Part shown: positions 38,747 to 47,445 of the stretch, piece after piece
Layout: the number at the start of each line of letters is the position of its first letter
How positions within the stretch are numbered: the stretch's first letter is position 1
NCBI GenBank assembly: GCA_001784435.1
Contig: MFQZ01000001.1
Coordinates: 220,742-284,741, forward strand
From: Candidatus Magasanikbacteria bacterium RIFOXYC2_FULL_42_28
GTDB taxonomy: Bacteria; Patescibacteriota; Patescibacteriia; Magasanikbacterales; GWA2-37-8
DNA: 64,000 nt
Reading direction: 5' to 3'
Translations under genes and position numbers: made by a program
Notes under the pieces: generated by a model
The model's database searches: none
What the model saw: the letters and a program-made list of their open reading frames with translations, nothing else
Told to the model about the DNA's origin: nothing

Positions 38747-39795
38747 ATCCAAGTAACCCCCGGTTTAAATTTAATTTCTTCTCCGTTTAAATCCGAAAAA
38801 ATCGTCCGACTTTCGGTTGCGTCTTTTTGCCATTGCGCGTAAATTATCCGACCATCGCGCAACACCCGCGCCGAACCACTGCCAATCGTCACAATTTCTT
38901 TGCGATCAACTTCATCTAGTGAGCGGATTTTTACATATTGAATTACCACATTATTCGCATTGATAATTTCGCTTGACGCGTCCGAATACAAAACATTATT
39001 CAATAATCGCTCATACACACTCTGACTGCTATCAAATTTCCAACCGATGTGATAACCGGAATTATATTTTATCAAAACCGAAGACGCGGGCGATGAGCTG
39101 GCCGGGGCGTTATTATCAAATTTACGACCAGACCAAACAATAGTTGTTGTCGAAAATTTCAGCGCTAATTTATTCCATAACTCACTACTGGTAAATAAAT
39201 TATGCGGAGCATAACTATCGGACGTGCGCCAATAATATTGTCCAAAATAAAATTCATTCGCGTCAAAATAATCACTCTTTTTGATTAGCGACAGCGCCTC
39301 GGGCGAACCGCCAGAGTGCATGTAGAGCGGTTTACCATACTCCGCCTGCCAATCCAAAAAATACGGCCGAGCGCTACGTACCGGCCCAACTCGAGCGATA
39401 TTGGTACCCCTATCAAACATTGCCATAAACCGCGTCAGCCCACCTTCAACCGGCACTTCATAAACCACTTTCGCCTGCGCCAACCCATACTGCGGACGCG
39501 CCACTGGAAAATTATCAATCATCACCGCCACCACGCCCGGAGTTTGCGCTTCCGTACTCGTTACCGGCAGGCCATCTAACACACTAAAAAATTTTGGCCC
39601 GTGATTAACAGTCAAAAAATTAACATCTGTTTTGACATTGCCAAACGTCAATAAAAGCCAAACTACCAAAATCAATAAAACAAACAACCCGGCGCCGGCA
39701 ATGATTAAATTTTTACGAGACCGATTCGGCCAACAAATATTACCCAAAGAAATATATTTCATATTGGATATTTTAACACAAAACCCCTCCGGCAC
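38704..39795 (-). CDS. DUF3048-domain (YerB-like) membrane-anchored protein.
   Basis: VVAVMIDNFPVARPQYGLAQAKVVYEVPVEGGLTRFMAMF block and an N-terminal TM anchor. Its 3' end overlaps the convergent prmC by about 43 bp. Confidence 0.6.
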   Translation of the reverse strand: MPEGFCVKISNMKYISLGNICWPNRSRKNLIIAGAGLFVLLILVVWLLLTFGNVKTDVNFLTVNHGPKFFSVLDGLPVTSTEAQTPGVVAVMIDNFPVARPQYGLAQAKVVYEVPVEGGLTRFMAMFDRGTNIARVGPVRSARPYFLDWQAEYGKPLYMHSGGSPEALSLIKKSDYFDANEFYFGQYYWRTSDSYAPHNLFTSSELWNKLALKFSTTTIVWSGRKFDNNAPASSSPASSVLIKYNSGYHIGWKFDSSQSVYERLLNNVLYSDASSEIINANNVVIQYVKIRSLDEVDRKEIVTIGSGSARVLRDGRIIYAQWQKDATESRTIFSDLNGEEIKFKPGVTWIQIVPWEVVVEVIN

Positions 39796-39813
39796 GCAAC
39801 CGAAGGGGTTTTA
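39781..39813 (-). terminator. Rho-independent terminator after rplY.
   Basis: AAACCCCTCCGG-CACGCAA-CCGAAGGGGTTTT with one mismatch. A T-rich run follows on the minus strand. Confidence 0.65.
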
Positions 39814-39824
39814 AAACATCTAAA

Positions 39825-40553
39825 TTACTTTTTCTCTTCTTTTTTATCGCCCTTATCACCATCTTTCTTGTCTTCCTTCTTCTCACCATCCTTGGCTTCC
39901 GCGCCCTCTTCACCTTCGACTGGCTCTTCTTTCTTGCCGGCCACCTCAATCTTGCTAATATCGGCGGTCTTAGACGCTTCTTCCATGGCTTTAATCTGGT
40001 CTTCAGTCAAAGCCGGCTTGGCCGTAGCAATGACGCTCTCGCCTTGCGGTCTTGTTACTACCACACCGGCCGGCGCCTTCAGATCCTTCACACGAATAGA
40101 ATCCTCAAAAGTTTTCAACACGCTCAAATCCACCTCAACATATTCCACCAAGTCATTCGGCAGACATTTAACCTCCACACGGTCAAGATTTTTTACCAAA
40201 GTGCCACCCGATGATTTAACTATCGGCGATTCACCGACAAATTTCAATTCCACAAATACCGTAAGCTCTTTTTTCATATCAATCCGACGCAAATCAACAT
40301 GCGTAATTTTACCAGAAACCGGCTCAAATTGCAACTCTTGCACCAACACCTTACCGGCGTCCTTACCGTCAACTGTCAAATCCAACAAACTGGATTCGGA
40401 AGCATCCTTATAAATTTTGAAAAATTCATTGTATGGCAAAACCAAACTTTGATTTTCCTTCGTCACCCCGTACACTTCAGCCGGGATTCCATGTTCGGCG
40501 CGAACTGTTTCAGGTTTTTTCACCCGTAACATCGCAGACAACTGATAAGTCAT
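39825..40553 (-). CDS. rplY: 50S ribosomal protein L25 / general stress protein Ctc, with a K/E/D-rich C-terminal tail.
   Basis: MTYQLSAMLRVKKPETVRAEHGIPAEVYG N-terminus. Confidence 0.85.
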   Translation of the reverse strand: MTYQLSAMLRVKKPETVRAEHGIPAEVYGVTKENQSLVLPYNEFFKIYKDASESSLLDLTVDGKDAGKVLVQELQFEPVSGKITHVDLRRIDMKKELTVFVELKFVGESPIVKSSGGTLVKNLDRVEVKCLPNDLVEYVEVDLSVLKTFEDSIRVKDLKAPAGVVVTRPQGESVIATAKPALTEDQIKAMEEASKTADISKIEVAGKKEEPVEGEEGAEAKDGEKKEDKKDGDKGDKKEEKK

Positions 40554-40566
40554 AAAATATTTTTAA

Positions 40567-40890
40567 TTAATACCATTTTTGTTTTAAAAATTCGTAGCCC
40601 TCGATTACTTCATCCATCGTAATCTCTTCTTTATTATGCAGGCGCATCGCGTCGCCATAATTCAAATCCGTAACCATTCCTACCGAACTTAGTCCGGCCG
40701 GCGACACCATCACCATCGCGATAAACCCACCGCTACATTTCTCGCAAGTCAAATGCACCAAATTCGCCGCGCCGGCAGAATTTAATTTCTGTGCGCTGTT
40801 GGGGGAATAAATCCCGTTACAAAGCGGGCAATGCCCCATGAATTTTAACGCTTCCTTCCAGGAATCCGGTTGGATTTTGCCGATTGGCAT
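40567..40890 (-). CDS. Small zinc-ribbon hypothetical protein.
   Basis: CPLCNG ... CEKCSG, two CxxC pairs. Confidence 0.4.
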   Translation of the reverse strand: MPIGKIQPDSWKEALKFMGHCPLCNGIYSPNSAQKLNSAGAANLVHLTCEKCSGGFIAMVMVSPAGLSSVGMVTDLNYGDAMRLHNKEEITMDEVIEGYEFLKQKWY

Positions 40891-40937
40891 ATAGGCAACA
40901 GTTTAATATATTTTTAATAAAATGTCAATACCTTTGC

Positions 40938-41198
40938 TCATTCTTTCTTCTTTTCCAATTTAAGCAAATAAACAGAAATGAAAACAGCCACCAATGTGAT
41001 AATCAACGCATAAATCAGTTTTGCCCAAATACCATTGGCTTCCAAAGGGAATAATTGTTCAATAATTGCTTTAATAGCCTCATTCCACGCTAAACCAGAA
41101 ACCAGCCCCAACGCGGCCAATATATAACCTAAAGTTTTCTTTTTTACTTCATCGCCCAATTCTTTGCCTTGAGACACAAATTTTTCTTTAAGATCCAT
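40938..41198 (-). CDS. Small membrane protein of unknown function.
   Basis: 86 aa with two hydrophobic helices. Confidence 0.4.
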   Translation of the reverse strand: MDLKEKFVSQGKELGDEVKKKTLGYILAALGLVSGLAWNEAIKAIIEQLFPLEANGIWAKLIYALIITLVAVFISVYLLKLEKKKE

Positions 41199-41256
41199 AT
41201 TAATTTACCTTTGAAGTGTAATTATATTCTACCACTGATACCATTTTTTGTCCAAA

Positions 41257-42576
41257 TTATTTATTATCTTTAATCTTTCGCTTTTCACGTTGAAATTTAA
41301 TGGCAAACCGATGGGCTTCATCGCGCACTTTAATTAAAACCTCTAAATTTTTTTGCGCCCATTTAGGTACGGGCATGTCTTGTATTTTAGCATTAGTGCC
41401 GACCACCACCAAATCATTGCGCTTCCGTTTTGCGCCTTTGGCAATACCCACAACCGGAATATCTATTTTCAAATTATTTAACACTGATTTTACCGCGTTC
41501 ACCTGGGGCACGCCGCCATCAATTAAAAATACAGCTGGCATCGGCCACTCGCTATGTTTCAATCGGCGCGACAAAACTTCCTTTAAACAATCAACATCGC
41601 TTTGGCCAACCACGGTTTTAATATTAAATTTGCGATAATCGGTTTTAGACGGCACACCACCTTTAAATACTACCATACTCCCAACCTTGCCAGTAGCGCC
41701 CAAATTGGAAATATCATAACCTTCAATCCGCATCTCACCGCTCTGCCCGGACGGATCAATGGTAAAACTTTTATTCAAAAGCGCGATATCCTGAATTCTA
41801 TTTAACGCTTTAATTTGATTTCGCAATCTCCCCGCTTCTTCAAAATTTTCCACGCGCGATGCTTGAACCATTTTTGTATTCAAGCTCCGCAGAAGCGATT
41901 TTTTTTGGCCACTTAAAAATAATTTCAAAGGATTGATAACTTTCTGACGATATTCAGCTGGCGTGATTCCCCCATCGCAAACGCCCAAACACAAACCAAT
42001 CTGCCGATAAAAACACGGACGCGTTTGCCCGGGCGAACAAGTAGAATACAAAAATAAACTCCGCAAAATTTTCAAAGTCGCCGCCGTATTTAATCCTGGG
42101 TACGGGCCAAACACGTTTTTCCTTCCCCTGCCCGAGGGGAGGGCGAGGGTGAGGTGGGAGCGGGCGCCGTTTTTTGTCATTCCGAGCGAAGCTCGCGCCG
42201 ACGAGGAATCTCCATCCAACTCATGCTGTCGCACCACCAAAACCTTCGGAAATTTATCCTTTGTAACCACCAAATAATTCCAACTTTTATCATCTCTCCA
42301 ATCAACATTATACTTCGGCTGTTTTTCCTTAATATATTTCCCCTCCAAAATAATCGCCTCCAAAACCGAATCTGTCACTTCTACTTTTATATCCACGACT
42401 TCATGCATCATTTGTTCGATTGGGCGACTACTGCGCGCGCCCCGAAAATACGACCGCACCCGTGAACGCAAACTCGTTGCCTTGCCAACATAAATTAATT
42501 CTTTTTTTGAATTATAAAATAGATATACGCCGGGTGCATCGGGTAATTTTTTTAATTTTTTCTGGATATCTAACAT
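41257..42576 (-). CDS. uvrC: Excinuclease ABC subunit C. Short form lacking the C-terminal HhH region. Carries an in-frame repeat insertion.
   Basis: GIY-YIG N-terminus (GVYLFYNSKKELIYVGKATSLRSRV). An RNase H-like/EndoV-like domain (GYDISNLGATGKVGSMVVFKGG). Insertion translates to ...SSARASLGMT...LALPSGRGRK. Confidence 0.85.
   Translation of the reverse strand: MLDIQKKLKKLPDAPGVYLFYNSKKELIYVGKATSLRSRVRSYFRGARSSRPIEQMMHEVVDIKVEVTDSVLEAIILEGKYIKEKQPKYNVDWRDDKSWNYLVVTKDKFPKVLVVRQHELDGDSSSARASLGMTKNGARSHLTLALPSGRGRKNVFGPYPGLNTAATLKILRSLFLYSTCSPGQTRPCFYRQIGLCLGVCDGGITPAEYRQKVINPLKLFLSGQKKSLLRSLNTKMVQASRVENFEEAGRLRNQIKALNRIQDIALLNKSFTIDPSGQSGEMRIEGYDISNLGATGKVGSMVVFKGGVPSKTDYRKFNIKTVVGQSDVDCLKEVLSRRLKHSEWPMPAVFLIDGGVPQVNAVKSVLNNLKIDIPVVGIAKGAKRKRNDLVVVGTNAKIQDMPVPKWAQKNLEVLIKVRDEAHRFAIKFQREKRKIKDNK
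42121..42222. repeat. Composite insertion in uvrC: a family C G-rich element (CCCCTGCCCGAGGGGAGGGCGAGGGTGAGG) followed by a family B short element.
   Basis: Family C copies are also at 45647-45686, 57254-57297 and 59931-59970. Confidence 0.8.
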
Positions 42577-42586
42577 ACTAATTTAA

Positions 42587-42616
42587 TTGACATAACATAC
42601 CATTTAATTATATAAT
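42587..42616 (+). promoter_or_regulatory. Sigma70-like promoter upstream of a small GC-rich ORF.
   Basis: TTGACA (42587-42592), an 18-bp spacer, then TATAAT (42611-42616). Confidence 0.5.
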
Positions 42617-42647
42617 CCCAGCGAACCCCAACTCTTCGGAGGAAGAC

Positions 42648-42797
42648 ATGTTGCACGCATTGTTCGCATGTGGAGCGGCGGTTCTCCTTGGCCTCACCAT
42701 TGGCTTCGTCTCGGCGACGTACTTCAACCGACGCGCCCGCGCCAAGATGAACAAGCTGTTCGAACAGAAGCCCAACGCTAGCGATCAGCTCATCTGA
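42648..42797 (+). CDS. Small (49-aa) single-TM peptide with foreign GC3-rich codon usage.
   Basis: A GGAGG RBS at 42638-42642 precedes MLHALFACGAAVLLGLTIGFVSATYFNRRARAKMNKLFEQKPNASDQLI. It is too short for the ORF track. It sits between uvrC and uvrA. Confidence 0.45.
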   Translation: MLHALFACGAAVLLGLTIGFVSATYFNRRARAKMNKLFEQKPNASDQLI

Positions 42798-42937
42798 CCA
42801 CGAACTCCACCCGGGGCCACCAGAAAGGAGGTTCCAAGAACCACCCGCGCCCCACTTTGGCTGTAAAGTATATCATGATTTAAGTCATGATATAAATATA
42901 TATTTTACAATCAAAGTGGCGGGTGGTTTTTGTTTTG

Positions 42938-45589
42938 CTATATAACTCTTTTTAAATAAGCCCCCGTAAAACTCGCCGCCTTTTTCGCCACCTCCTCCGG
43001 CGTCCCCACCGCCACCACCTGCCCGCCCTTATCGCCCCCTTCCGGCCCCAAATCAATCACCCAATCCGCCGCTTTTATTATATCCAAATTATGCTCAATT
43101 ACCAAAATCGTATTTCCTTGCGATACCAAACGCTGTAAAACTTCTAATAACTTCCGCACATCATCGTAATGCAAACCGGTCGTCGGCTCATCTAACAAAT
43201 ACAAAGTTTTCGTCGTGCCATAACGCGCCAACTCCCGTGACAATTTAATTCGTTGCGCTTCCCCACCCGACAAAGTCGTGGCCGATTGCCCCAAAGTTAA
43301 ATAATCCAAACCCACTTCGTTTAAAATTTTCAACTTGTCATAAATCATCGGAATATCGCGGAAAAATTCCTCGGCGTCTTCAATCGTCATTGCCAAGACC
43401 TCGGCAATATTTTTTCCGTTATAACTCACAGCCAATGTCTCATTCGTAAACCGCAAACCCTTACACACATCACAAGTCACTTCCACACTCGGCAAAAAAT
43501 GCATTTCAATTTCCAGCACGCCTTTGCCCTCGCAATTTTCGCACCGGCCGGCATTTTTGACATTAAAACTAAACCGCGAAGCCGTGTACCCCCGCATGCG
43601 CGCCTCGGCCGTTTCGGCAAACAACGCCCGAATATGGTCAAAACATTTGGTATAAGTCGCCGGGTTACTGCGCGAAGTCCGACCAATGGACGACTGGTCA
43701 ATCGTTATCACACCATCCAAATATTCCAAGCCGGAAACTTCCAAACAATTTTCCAATTTCTTTTTCTGGCGAAATATTTTGTTCATGACAGCCGGCCGCA
43801 AAACTTCATTCATCAAAGTTGACTTACCCGAACCCGACACGCCGGTCAAACAGACAAACCGGCGCAACGGAATTTCCACATTAATATTTTTTAAATTATG
43901 CAAATTCGCTTTTTTAATTTTTAATTTCGGCGTCGCGCGATCAACCTCACGCCGTTTCAATGGCATGGGAATAGTTACTTCGCCACGCAGATACTTGCCG
44001 GTTAAAGAACTGCTTTTGTGTTTCGCTGACAGCAAATCTTTCACCGTGCCAGAATACACAATCTCGCCCCCATGCTTCCCCGCCCCGGGACCAATATCCA
44101 CAATCCAATCACTCACCTTAATTGTATCCTCGTCGTGTTCTACTACTATTATCGTATTTCCCGCATCGCACAACGCCCGCAAAGTTTTCACCAACCGGTC
44201 ATTATCACGTTGATGCAAACCAATTGTCGGCTCATCCAATACATACAACGCCCCCACAAGGCGCGTCCCCACCTGCGACGCCAGTCGTATCCGTTGCGCT
44301 TCCCCGCCCGACAAAGTCCCGGCCTTACGATTCAAAGTTAAATAATGCAACCCCACGTCATACATAAACTGCAATCGATTTTGAATTTCTTTCAAAACCA
44401 TTCCGCAAATTTGCATCGTACGTTCAGGCAAATCTAATTCCAACGCCGCGAAAAACTCGCGCGCCTCACTAATAGACAAATTCGTAATTTCCCAAATATT
44501 TTTCCCGCCAATTTTTACGCTTAGCGCGTTAACATTCAAACGCTTACCCAAACACACCGGGCAATCTTCCACTGAAAATAATTCTTTCGTGCCAAGCCCA
44601 GTACACGCCTCGCAATATCCATACGGACTATTAAACGAAAAAAGTCGTGGCTCAATTTCCGGAAAACTAAAACCATCTTTCGGACAAGAATACAAAGTAG
44701 AGAATGTCTGTTCTTCGCCGTCCGCATAGATCACAGCGCACAACCCCTTAGACAAATTCACCGCCGCCTCCACCGCTTCGGCAAGTCGTTGGTTATCTGT
44801 CATCCCGAGCGAGCCCTTAAGGGGCGACGAGGGATCTCCATCCGCCGGTAATTGGGATAGAGATTTCTCCTTCGTCGTCGAAATGACAGCGAGTGGCACT
44901 CGATCAACCACCACCTCAATCGTATGCTTAAAATTCTTTTCCAAAATTATCCGCTCGCGCAAACTTTTTATTTTCCCATCCACCCGCACTTCCAAATACC
45001 CAGAATTATACAAATCATAAAGCATCTGATAATACTCCCCCTTCCTGCCTCGCACCACCGGCGACAAAACAACAATCTCTTTACTGTCATTTCGAGCGAG
45101 GCCTTTTGGCCGACGAGAAATCTTCGCGTCTTCGTCCGTCACTTTGGAAATTGGAAATTGGAAATTGGAAATTCTCGCACCCATCTCATCCACCGTCATC
45201 TTCTCAATCTTACTCCCACAATCCGGACAATGTGGCACCCCCACACGCGCAAAAAGAACCCGCAAATAATCATAAATTTCCGTAATCGTCGCCACGGTCG
45301 AACGCGGATTCGCACTATGCGCCTTTTGATCAATCGAAATCGCCGGCGACAACCCTTCAATTTCATCCACATCCGGCTTTTGCATCCCACCCAAAAACTG
45401 CCGAGCGTAAGCCGACAATGACTCAATATACCGCCTCTGCCCCTCGGCAAAAATCGTATCAAACGCCAAAGAAGACTTGCCCGATCCCGACAACCCCGTA
45501 AAAACAATCATCTGATTGCGAGGCAACTCCAAATTAACATTTTTCAAATTGTGTTCGCGTGCGCCTTTGATAATAATTTTGTTTTGCAT
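42938..45589 (-). CDS. uvrA: Excinuclease ABC subunit A with at least two in-frame repeat insertions.
   Basis: Tandem ABC ATPase modules (GLSGSGKSSLAF...; GVSGSGKSTL), zinc-finger Cys clusters and ABC signature motifs. Confidence 0.92.
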   Translation of the reverse strand: MQNKIIIKGAREHNLKNVNLELPRNQMIVFTGLSGSGKSSLAFDTIFAEGQRRYIESLSAYARQFLGGMQKPDVDEIEGLSPAISIDQKAHSANPRSTVATITEIYDYLRVLFARVGVPHCPDCGSKIEKMTVDEMGARISNFQFPISKVTDEDAKISRRPKGLARNDSKEIVVLSPVVRGRKGEYYQMLYDLYNSGYLEVRVDGKIKSLRERIILEKNFKHTIEVVVDRVPLAVISTTKEKSLSQLPADGDPSSPLKGSLGMTDNQRLAEAVEAAVNLSKGLCAVIYADGEEQTFSTLYSCPKDGFSFPEIEPRLFSFNSPYGYCEACTGLGTKELFSVEDCPVCLGKRLNVNALSVKIGGKNIWEITNLSISEAREFFAALELDLPERTMQICGMVLKEIQNRLQFMYDVGLHYLTLNRKAGTLSGGEAQRIRLASQVGTRLVGALYVLDEPTIGLHQRDNDRLVKTLRALCDAGNTIIVVEHDEDTIKVSDWIVDIGPGAGKHGGEIVYSGTVKDLLSAKHKSSSLTGKYLRGEVTIPMPLKRREVDRATPKLKIKKANLHNLKNINVEIPLRRFVCLTGVSGSGKSTLMNEVLRPAVMNKIFRQKKKLENCLEVSGLEYLDGVITIDQSSIGRTSRSNPATYTKCFDHIRALFAETAEARMRGYTASRFSFNVKNAGRCENCEGKGVLEIEMHFLPSVEVTCDVCKGLRFTNETLAVSYNGKNIAEVLAMTIEDAEEFFRDIPMIYDKLKILNEVGLDYLTLGQSATTLSGGEAQRIKLSRELARYGTTKTLYLLDEPTTGLHYDDVRKLLEVLQRLVSQGNTILVIEHNLDIIKAADWVIDLGPEGGDKGGQVVAVGTPEEVAKKAASFTGAYLKRVI
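44797..44890. repeat. Full-length family B palindromic element in frame in uvrA.
   Basis: Near-identical to 4325-4446 (argS). It translates to DGDPSSPLKGSLGMT. Confidence 0.85.
45084..45180. repeat. Family B variant plus a family E (GGAAATTGGAAATTGGAAATT) repeat in frame in uvrA.
   Basis: CTGTCATTTCGAGCGAGGCCTTTTGGCCGACGAGAAATCTTCGCGTCTTCGTCCGTCACTTTGGAAATTGGAAATTGGAAATTGGAAATTC. Confidence 0.8.
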
Positions 45590-45600
45590 ACATTACAATA

Positions 45601-45686
45601 TTGTCATCCCGATGAAAATCGGGATCTCTGTCCAACGTTCACTCAATTTTCCCCTCCTTTTCAAGGAGGGGCGAGGGGGTGGTTAT
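45601..45686. repeat. Family A hairpin plus family C G-rich element upstream of uvrA.
   Basis: TTGTCATCCCGATGAAAATCGGGATCTCTGTCC ... CCCCTCCTTTTCAAGGAGGGGCGAGGGGGTGGTT. Confidence 0.8.
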
Positions 45687-45834
45687 CACCAAACGCCAAA
45701 ATGACCCAAAAGTGGGTCGCAATATATAAGTTGGAATAAAAGAACTACCTATACCATACCAATTTTGTCTTAAAAAGTCAATTGACCGTATGGTGAATTT
45801 AAGGTAAAATTAAGTAAACTTATTATATATTATT

Positions 45835-46362
45835 ATGTCTGAATCAATAAACAATAATATATCCTTTAAACCGCTTTCTGCTGTTGATCTTCCACTCACC
45901 CACAAGTGGCTTACTTCATCACATGTTAAAGAAGGATATGGTCACGGCAAACAAACAATCGCGGACATAGAAAAGAAATATATTCCGCGAATCAACGGCG
46001 AAACACCCACATCCTGTTTTATTATTTTTTATGATAATGCGCCCATCGGACAAATTCAAATGTATAAAATAAATGATTATCCCGATTACAAAAAAATAAT
46101 TCAAATCGATCAAAGCGCCGCCGGTATTGATTTGTTTATCGGAGAGAAAGATTTTCAACACAAAGGTCTCGGCAGTGTCATTATCCAAAAATTTTTAAAA
46201 GATTTTGTATTTAAAAAATTAAATGTTGAGAGTTGCATCATCGGACCAAACCCAAACAACATCGCCGCAATTAAAGCATACGAAAAAGCGGGGTTTAAAT
46301 ATTTAAAAACGATAATCAATCCGGATGGTGAAGATGAATATTTAATGGAAAAAGAAAAATAA
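45835..46362 (+). CDS. GNAT-family N-acetyltransferase resembling aminoglycoside 6'-N-acetyltransferase AAC(6')-Ib-type enzymes.
   Basis: WLTSSHVKEGYG...IAAIKAYEKAGFKYLKTIINPDGEDEYLMEKE parallels the AAC(6')-Ib blocks WLNRSHIVEWWG and AIRCYEKAGFERQGTVTTPDGPAVYMVQ, recalled from memory. Confidence 0.6.
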   Translation: MSESINNNISFKPLSAVDLPLTHKWLTSSHVKEGYGHGKQTIADIEKKYIPRINGETPTSCFIIFYDNAPIGQIQMYKINDYPDYKKIIQIDQSAAGIDLFIGEKDFQHKGLGSVIIQKFLKDFVFKKLNVESCIIGPNPNNIAAIKAYEKAGFKYLKTIINPDGEDEYLMEKEK

Positions 46363-46387
46363 TTCTATAAAAATCTAACAACCAAAA

Positions 46388-47008
46388 ATGCAAAACTTCG
46401 CCCTAATCGGCACAATCCTATCCATCCACGTCATGGCCTGGCTCACACCCGGCCCTCTTTTTGTATTGATAATCCGAAATTCTCTCGTTTATTCGCGAAA
46501 GATCGGCTTTTGGACTGCGCTCGGATTTGCTCTAGGCAATTTTATCCATATTACACTCGCCGTTTTTGGGATCTCGCTTATTATCCAAAGTTCGCCACTC
46601 GCATTCAGCACTGTCAAATTTTTAGGCGCTGGCTATCTAATATATTTGGGTATCAAAACCTTACTGATGAAAATTAGAACGCAGAAAACCGATACGCCCA
46701 CTGAACACGATAACATCACGGTGCCCCAAGCAATAAAAATTGGCTTCTTAACCAACATCTTAAGCGCGGGCGCATATTTATTCTTCGCCAGCATTTTTGC
46801 CACCGTGTTATCAACGGCTACTTCATCATGGGTAGTGGCAATATTAGCAATTGCGATGCCACTAAATACTTTTGTTATGGCCTCAATTTTATCCCTATTT
46901 TTTACCCACCACAAAATTAAATCAATATATATCAAATTCCAATATATTTTAAATAAATGTTTGGGCGTGGCACTAATATTATTCGCCTTAACAATTGCTT
47001 TTAAATAA
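46388..47008 (+). CDS. LysE/RhtB-family amino-acid (or small-metabolite) exporter.
   Basis: Six TM helices. N-terminal LTPGPLFVLII motif typical of the LysE superfamily. Confidence 0.75.
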   Translation: MQNFALIGTILSIHVMAWLTPGPLFVLIIRNSLVYSRKIGFWTALGFALGNFIHITLAVFGISLIIQSSPLAFSTVKFLGAGYLIYLGIKTLLMKIRTQKTDTPTEHDNITVPQAIKIGFLTNILSAGAYLFFASIFATVLSTATSSWVVAILAIAMPLNTFVMASILSLFFTHHKIKSIYIKFQYILNKCLGVALILFALTIAFK

Positions 47009-47429
47009 TAAATTTATTACCGCTTCTAAACAAATTTACGTCCACCCCGAACATACCGAACATGCTTTTGATTTGCCTTTTTGGCGAGACAACGAAAAAC
47101 TATGGGCTCTCAAAGTTCCGGTGGAAGAAATAAATATCAGCGAATTACTGTGGATTTTTGATATTCCATTTTGGGAAGATGTCGATGGTAACATTGTAAT
47201 TACTCCTAACGAAGTTATTAATAACCCAGATCAATTTATAGAACACTACAACAAAATTCAGGCCACAGACACTTCTTATCCGATTGACATAATGAAAAAC
47301 AAAAAGGGAAAATGGCTAACTTTGGACGGGCTACACCGATTGGTAAAATTATTTTTAAATAAGAAAACGAAAATTCGCGTCCGAAAAATTCCACCTGAAT
47401 TAATCCACCTTACGGCACGAGACGAATAA
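46995..47429 (+). CDS. ParB/Srx-fold (ParB-like nuclease domain) small protein.
   Basis: PIDIMKNKKGKWLTLDGLHRLVKLFLNKKTKIRVRKI matches the ParB N-terminal-domain pattern (..g.y.liDGhHRl.A......I.v). Confidence 0.5.
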   Translation: MLLNNKFITASKQIYVHPEHTEHAFDLPFWRDNEKLWALKVPVEEINISELLWIFDIPFWEDVDGNIVITPNEVINNPDQFIEHYNKIQATDTSYPIDIMKNKKGKWLTLDGLHRLVKLFLNKKTKIRVRKIPPELIHLTARDE

Positions 47430-47445
47430 ATTAAAGAAATCAAAT

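Noticed and set aside
45133-45180. Possible CRISPR array, from the tandem GGAAATT and AATCTTC repeats.
   Set aside because: Periods are 7-8 bp with no unique spacers and no cas genes. These are microsatellite-like or palindromic repeat units, not CRISPR.
43499-45421. Plus-strand ORFs 43499..43822, 43686..44213, 44072..44341 and 44924..45421 inside uvrA.
   Set aside because: They are antisense to the well-supported uvrA, Pro/Arg/His-rich, and are composition artefacts of the GC-richer region.
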